From Sedimentisphaerales bacterium (GTDB taxonomy: Bacteria; Planctomycetota; Phycisphaerae; Sedimentisphaerales; Anaerobacaceae): 64,000 bases of DNA. Under the pieces are notes generated by a model that ran no database searches, had not been told where the DNA came from, and saw only the letters and a program-made list of their open reading frames with translations. The stretch is taken from contig OY970194.1 of NCBI GenBank assembly GCA_963708075.1, forward strand, positions 4,096,001 through 4,160,000, in the 5' to 3' direction. The position numbers and the translations under genes are program-made. Below are positions 57,314 to 64,000 of the stretch, piece after piece. The number at the start of each line of letters is the position of its first letter. Positions within the stretch are counted from its first letter, which is position 1.

Positions 57314-57463
57314 TCTACGATTCCGTCCGCCCTACCGACTCATCTTTCCTGGCGATTTCAGTGCTAACAGTCTGAAATCGCTAGCGTTATGCTTGGATGA
57401 GTATTTGCACCATACGGGTTCTCCGCAACGCTATCGTTCGAAGGGGCAATATCGATCGGCAAT

Positions 57464-60400
57464 CTATTCCACGATCCCGGGAGCACCGACGTAACGCAGG
57501 TGAATCAGGCCGGCGTCGAGTATCGCGCCGATCGTGCCGTGATAGCGGAACGTAATCCAAGAGACGCCGTCGGCCGTCGCACGGAGAAGAGCCGTGGTGG
57601 GAACGGACCAATTGAATTCGAGGCGGTTCATGAAGGTGCCGGTTCCGCCCGGCGCCTTCAGCGTGATCCTGACGCCCGTCACATCGCTGGCGAGGTCGTT
57701 TAGGGCGTCCAGGATGGAGGCGTCGCTCGCGGTGAGCGCGACATCGCCACCGCGCGATTGGACCAGGCCGACAAGCAGGTCCCCGGTGGTTTCGGTGAGA
57801 ACGACCCAATTGTCGACATTGACGTCGATATGGCCGCCAGTGCCCAGGAGGTCCGTTCGGGAACGCACCGCAATCGTTGACGGCGTCAGCCCGGCTACCC
57901 CGCCAACCTTCGCGCCGTCCACGTCCTCAATGATGATATTGCCGCCCGCAATCAGGCCGGCCACAGTCCGATTGTCGGTCGGCAGATTGAGATTGCCGCC
58001 GGTCTCCAGATCGAGGTCGCTGGTCTCCAGATTGAGGTTGCGGAAGTCATAGATGCAGTTGACAGGCGTGACGGTCGCCCCGCCGGTCGCCCCGCCGTTG
58101 GAATCGGGACGGAAGAAGTTGCTAAAGATCCAGTCGCGGGTTCCATCCGCAGGCGGGGAACTTGGATAATCAAAATTGGCGCCCTCGTTCAACGTGGTGA
58201 CGCGAACACCCGCCCCCGCCCCAGCCTCAGGATCCTTCTCGGCGTCCTGAAGGAGCAGGTCAATGGTTCCGCCTGCCGTCAGCGAATCGATGGTCGCAGT
58301 GAACTCGGTCACCGCCGAGTCATCGCGCAGAACCGCTTTCAAGTCGAGGTAAATGTCTCCGCCCGCGACACCCACGACATGCTGAGCGGCCGTCAACTGA
58401 TGCACGGGAGCAACGTCCGAAGCGGACGGGTCCAAGGTGATGACATCACCGCCCGGTGTGGCGAGCTGAAGGGTGGTGCCGTCGGCGGACAGGATCACCG
58501 TGTAGTAGTGCCCGTTCTCCAGCCCTTCGATTGGTGTCCCGGGGGTCCCGTTGGCGTTGACGGCCTGGTACTGCACGAGCTGCCCGTTGAAGAATGGGAC
58601 ATAACCCAGGAACAGCACATTGGCTGCGCCACAAACCCCGTTGGCGAGGAAGGTCGTGGTCGCCCCGGGGTAAGTCAGGTCGACATTGACCCGCGGCGCA
58701 CTGCTACCGATCCCGCCTGCCGGGGCCCGAATGTCGAGGATGGCCGTGCGGATGAGAGAGGTGCGGCCGTTACCGTTCGGTGCATCGGCATCCTCTGCCA
58801 CGTCACGTCCGCGCGCCGCGGTGATGTTGCCGCCGCTGTTGTGGATGACGGTGCGGCCGATGGGGTTATTGATCGTGCCGTTCAGGATGATATTTGAGTT
58901 GGTCTCATTGATGATCTGCACCAGCGCCGGCCCCCCCGTGCGGCTGAGCGCGAATGTCAGCGTGACGTATCTGCTGTTCAGGTCCACCAGCGGATTCTCC
59001 GTGGTATTGACCACGTTGATGTTGTTGATCTTGAGCGGCATGCTCGAGTAGTTCGTGATCAGCACCCGGCCGAGCGTGCCACTGAGGTCCCATGTGCTCC
59101 CCTCGCCGCTGATCCCTACCGCGTCTCCGTCGACCCAGGCGTCATTGAAATAAACCTGGCCGCTGCCGCCGTTTCCGATGTCATTGACGAAGATCTCGGG
59201 CTCGGAAACGATCTGGCCCGATGTCTGGGATGCGTTTTCGCTGGTCCACACGCTGACGTTGGTGGCCTTCGTAATCCACCCGTACTCGTCGATCACCAGC
59301 TCCGCGCTCTGGCCCGAAGAGATGTGCACATCGGCGTTCCAGACGATTCTACGGTCCTGGTTGTCGTTCAGCTCGGTGTCTGCATGACCAGCCGCTATCG
59401 CCTTCTTCTTCACCTTGGCATCGGCAGCGATTTTCACGTTGTAGTTCGTCGTATTGACGTACAGCGCCAGTTGATCCAGGGTATTGGGGTCGGTGGCGTC
59501 GCCGACCACGTTATCTGCCAGATGGTCGCGCAAGATCGCCACCGGGTTCCATAAACCAGGGTCGCTGTAATTCTGCAGACTCAGGTCAAATTTCTGATTT
59601 TCGGCTGCAACCAGGTCGCTATCGGTCTGTAAGACGCCGATGTACTCGTAAACGTTGCCGCTGGAGACGCGCACCGTCATTCCCGGAGCAAGCGCGTTGA
59701 CCATGGTTCCGGCCCCCTCAGAATCCTCGGAGGTCGTAACTTCGACTTGTTTCCACTGGTCTGCATCCTCGTAGGCCTGGAGACTGAGGTCAAATTTCTG
59801 ACTGCCGTCTATATCCGGGTCGCTATCGGTCTGTAAGACGCCGATGTATTCGTACACGTTGCCGGCAAGACCACCGCTGGCGATGGCTACCATCATGCCC
59901 GGAGTAAGCGCGTTGACCTCGTCGAGGATAGTTCCGTCGCTCACGCGCGGACCGGCGGTCACCTGGGCACGTGGGGCCCCCGTAGCTGCATCGGGGCCGT
60001 CGGCCACTACGCTGGAAGTCAATGTCGTAGTGTTGTTTCCGTCGGAGTCGACCCAGCCGAATAAGCCCATGACGCGACCGTAGGAGTAGGCGTAGGTATC
60101 GACGTTATTGAACGTGGCCTCGAGGTCGACACCGCGATAGCCCGTAAGGCTTGACCCGCTGCCCAGCAAAACCTTGTTCTCGGCGTCGATGTCCATATCG
60201 GTAAAATCATCCGATACGCCGACAAAGCCGGCGCCGTATCCCTCGGCGTCGGCATGGACATCCATGTTGCTGGTTGTCGCGCGCAGGGCCACGGTGCTCG
60301 CGATTACGACTGCGCTTCCTCGAGTGTCACCAGGCTCTGGCTGCCGTCAAGGATGTCCATATCGGTTTCGGCATAGCCGCCGCCGCCGAAACCGCGTCCA

Positions 60401-63400
60401 TCGGCATAGGAATGAGTCAGGGCGTCGACATTGGCGTCGGAAGTGATTCCGACATGGCCTGCGGCCGCGATCTTGGCTCCGCCTTCCAGGTACGCCTGGG
60501 TGTCGTAGGACAGTACAGACGTCATGTAGGCTCTCACGTCGGCCGCGGCGCCGCCCGCTTTAGCCGTGGCGGTGCCGCTGGTAACATGGTTCGACCAGGC
60601 ATCGACCGTCACGTCGCCGCCGCTGATGATGTTGGCGCCGGCCGCAATGTAAGCGTAGGTGGTGCTCGTTTGATCGGTGGTGGCCCAGGACTTGCCGATG
60701 CCGACAAAACCGCCCGTGGAGTTGGTGGTGTTGGCGCGGGCATTGGTCTCCGATGCGGCCAGAACCGAGATATCCCCGGTGACTCTCAGCGACCCTGACG
60801 CAATGTACGCGGTGACCGTGACATCGGCGTTTGAATTGGATTCGTTTTTCGACTGGCCATAAACGCCGCCGGCGGAGCCCTTGCTGTCCGCGCTGGACAC
60901 GGTATCGCCCGGAGGCGCGACCAGTTCGGCGAGATCCACTCCGCCCAGGCCTGTGATCCAGTGACGCGTCGTGCCGTCAGGCAAGGTGCCGCCGGGCAAG
61001 GTGGTGGTCGTACCGTCAGGCAGGGTGATGGTAGTGAGGTTAATGCGGAACTGATGGGTTGTGCCGGACTCTGCTGTCCCAAGGTCGACGCTTTGTGTTC
61101 CAACCCAGTGCGTGGTGGATGCATTCAGCCCCGTCGTGCCCAGGGTGATCGCGGCGCCTCCTGGGGTGCTGGCAAGCTGGTAACTGCTCTTGGTCGCATT
61201 AATAATGTAGTAGGTCTGGCCACTTACCAGGCCGTGAATCGGCGCGTTGCGTGCGAGCACCACGCTGTGCACGGAGCCATCGGCCTTGTTCGGCCCCAAC
61301 TCGATCGGCGTCTTGCCATCGACAGTCTTGCCGCTGATGGTCGCCGCCGTACCGAAGTTGCCGGTGATATAGAGGGTGCCATCGACGATGCTGTCGATCA
61401 CGTAGTCTCCGTTATTGTTGCCCGCGCCGCCGATCCTGATGCTTTGGCCCGGAGCGAAGCCGTAGGCGCTCCAGGGCTGGCCGCTCATGTACGCCTTGTT
61501 GCCGTTCGCCTGCGGAACAAACGTGATTACTCCCGTAACGGTTGGCGCCAGTTTGATCGTATGCTCGGTCTTGTTTATGACGCGGTAGACGCAGTCGTTG
61601 TTCAGTCCGCCGATCGCCGTGGGTTCGCCGATCATTGAGCTCACGTGATAGACAACATAATCCCCATTGGTGAAATGATGATCGATCCCAACCAGACTAC
61701 TATTGCCGTTGGAATCGATCACCTCTTCGAAGAAGACGATGTTGTTGGCGCCCGGATTGTCGGTGACCTCCGGCTTATCACCCAACGTGACGTCGGCATC
61801 GACCTGGGAGCTGGCGAAGGTGAGCGTCTTTGGCGCTATGTAGGTCACCGCCTGCCCGTTGACGAAGTTGTTGGGGTCGATGATCGTCTTACCGTCGGGT
61901 TGCACGTTGCTCACGATGAAGCTGTTGAGAGATGCCCCCGGCGCCACCAACTGGATACTGTTCGCATCGATCACGCGCACCGTATACACGCCGCCATCCG
62001 TCAATCCGCCAATAAGCTTGCCCAGATCAGACGCATGATAGACCACCTGGTCGCCATTCAGGAAGTTGTGGGGCGTGGCAAAGGTGATGGTCTCGTTGTC
62101 CGGGTTGACGACGCCGAAATCAATGGCGTCAGGGTCGGCGGTGAACCCGGCGCCGAGCGCGATGGTGTCGTCGTCGACGTAGATCACGCTGTACTGGCGT
62201 GCGCTGGTCTCGCCTTCAGCATCCGTATAGGTCTGGTCCAGGCCGCCGATTTCAATGAAGTCAGTCTTGTATTCGATCACGTCGCCTGTTTGCAGATTGT
62301 GGTTCGATACGGTCAGAGTGTCTTCGATATCCCCGACAGCCTCAATGTGGTAGTCAGGCTGGCCGGGCTGCATCGCCGGCTTGGCGATCGCACTGACGTT
62401 CACCGAGCCGGCCTTGATCAGCGAGCCACTGCCGATGTAGGCGGTCACATCGGGCGTCACATTGACCGTGGCCTTCGACCCGCCGACGCCACCAGCACCT
62501 TTGGCTACGCCCTTGGTGGAAGCGTCGGCCTCGGGGTTCTCCTTCGCTTCGACGGTGATGTTGCCGGACACGTAGATCCTGCTGTTGTCGCCGATGTGGG
62601 CGTCGAGGGCTGGGCTGACGGTCGACGTTGACTCGTTGTCACTGGGGCTCCCCTCGGCGGCAAATCCTTTTGACACCGCCTGAGATGTGGCCTTGGCTTT
62701 ATCGACGCCGAGCGCCCTGACCTTCAGGCTGACGGCGCCCGGCCCAGTCTCGGAGCCGATAGTGCCGTCCATGCGTGCCTTCACAATGGGACTGCCGATC
62801 GCAGTGGCATGGCTCTCGCCGAGTCCAACGAAGCCGCCGTTCTGGCCGGCCGCGGTAGCCTCGGGAGTAGTCGCCGAGCTCGAAATCACCGCGATGGCGT
62901 CCCCGGCGCTGAGTGTCGCATCGCTATCGACCCAACTCTCGAGGTACGGAGTCTCCGTGGCTATGGCAGTCGCACCGCCTTTAGCGAGGAAGCTGCCTGA
63001 CCTCGAATAGGCGATAGCTTCTGCACCCGAGCCTAACAACACTGCATAGCTGTCTTCCGCGCTCAGGTCCTGGTTGTATATGGACTTGAGGTTGATGTCG
63101 CCGTTTGTCGAAACGATGTTGCCACCGCTGATCGAGCTCGACACCATGCTGGCAGGTGTTGCCGCGTTGGGAGCGATCGTCGCCGTTGCCACGGGCGCAC
63201 ATCGGGCCTCGCCGATGGAGAAAGAAACGGAATTTCCATCCGCCAGGGCTGCCGCACTGGCAGCCAGCGTCGAGCCGACCGAAATGGTGCCGTCAGCCTT
63301 GGCCTGCCGAGCATCCGCATAACCACCCAGCCGGCTTTCGACTGTCGGCGTCACGTTGGCGATCGCTGCCGTTATGACGTCGGAGGTCGCGGTGAAGGCG

Positions 63401-64000
63401 ACCGACAGAGCTTTGCCCTCCGTCGTGGAATCTGCATCGACCGACGAGATGGCGTTGATCTCGACCTTGCCTCCGATATCGAGTTCAACCGGGTCGGCGT
63501 AGGCCCGCGTCGTGGTCGTCACCGTCGCGTCGCTGGTCGCGCTGCCAACGGCACCGGCGAAGACTCCGGCGACGGCCGCAGCAGAAGCGGTCGACATGCT
63601 GGTGACCGTCGCATCTTCCGTGGCGGTGATCGTCAAGTCGCCGGCGCCGGTCGTGACGATCTTCGCTTGCGTGGCATACGCCTCCACGTCGTTGTCGATC
63701 GTGTTGACGGCTTTTGACAGGCTGATAGCGCCGGCGCCGCCGAGCCCGATCGCCGCGGCGAACGAGATCGCGTTGGCAGTGGCGCTGACCATAGACGTGT
63801 CGCTGGCGATCATCGTCACGATACCGGCGGCATCGACGAGCGTGGCTATGGGGTTGGAAGCGGTGTCTGCGACAAACGCCTTGACGCTCGTGTTGATCCT
63901 GTTCTCGATGAGAATACCCGCCCCGGCGGCGGCGACCGCGATCTGTCCCCCGGCGGCGGACGCCACAGTGGCCCGGATATCGGCCGTGATCGTCGCGCCT
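57464..64000 (-). CDS. Giant repetitive secreted/adhesin-like protein, 3' part (starts beyond window); one-base frameshift near 60315
   Basis: Frame is open to the window end; A/G/S/T-rich beta repeats; repeated H.F.NGD.V.Y...IGGL..G..Y.V modules; adding one G gives VTLEEGAVVIASTVALRAT and joins the 1220-aa and 942-aa ORFs. Confidence 0.85.

Overview
GC-rich bacterial DNA. The gene content (LamG/F5-8 secreted protein, beta-helix protein, VPAPGA PEP-CTERM-like tail, LESRLL leader) suggests a planctomycete, probably Phycisphaerae/Sedimentisphaerales-like; this is inferred, not checked. Bases 1-42.6 kb look like a mosaic general-stress island. It holds a CheB/CheR-PAS + HisKA_3 kinase + NarL-type regulator operon, many small stress proteins (lmo0937, DUF3185, DUF3309, DUF2934, CsbD, DUF883, several duplicated), a putative ceramide/sphingolipid cluster built on a FAAL-ACP-oxoamine synthase fusion, CbpA/CbpM, ackA, a copper module, cls, xfp and several gene remnants. 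The strongest non-coding signal is a 20-bp imperfect palindrome, GTAGGGTTAYACCCCAYAGA, found 9 times at a fixed distance from a -10-like hexamer, which points to an undescribed regulon. Two identical 29-bp tRNA-Phe fragments (42.6 and 46.5 kb) look like att scars. Bases 46.7-64 kb carry a type I-like secretion locus with no ABC ATPase (GAF-HlyD, RRE-M50-HlyD, short SecA paralog, TolC, MFP), IS remnants and part of a giant repetitive surface protein. At least six genes carry single-base frameshifts that may be assembly errors. All family calls come from motif recognition by eye; no searches were run.
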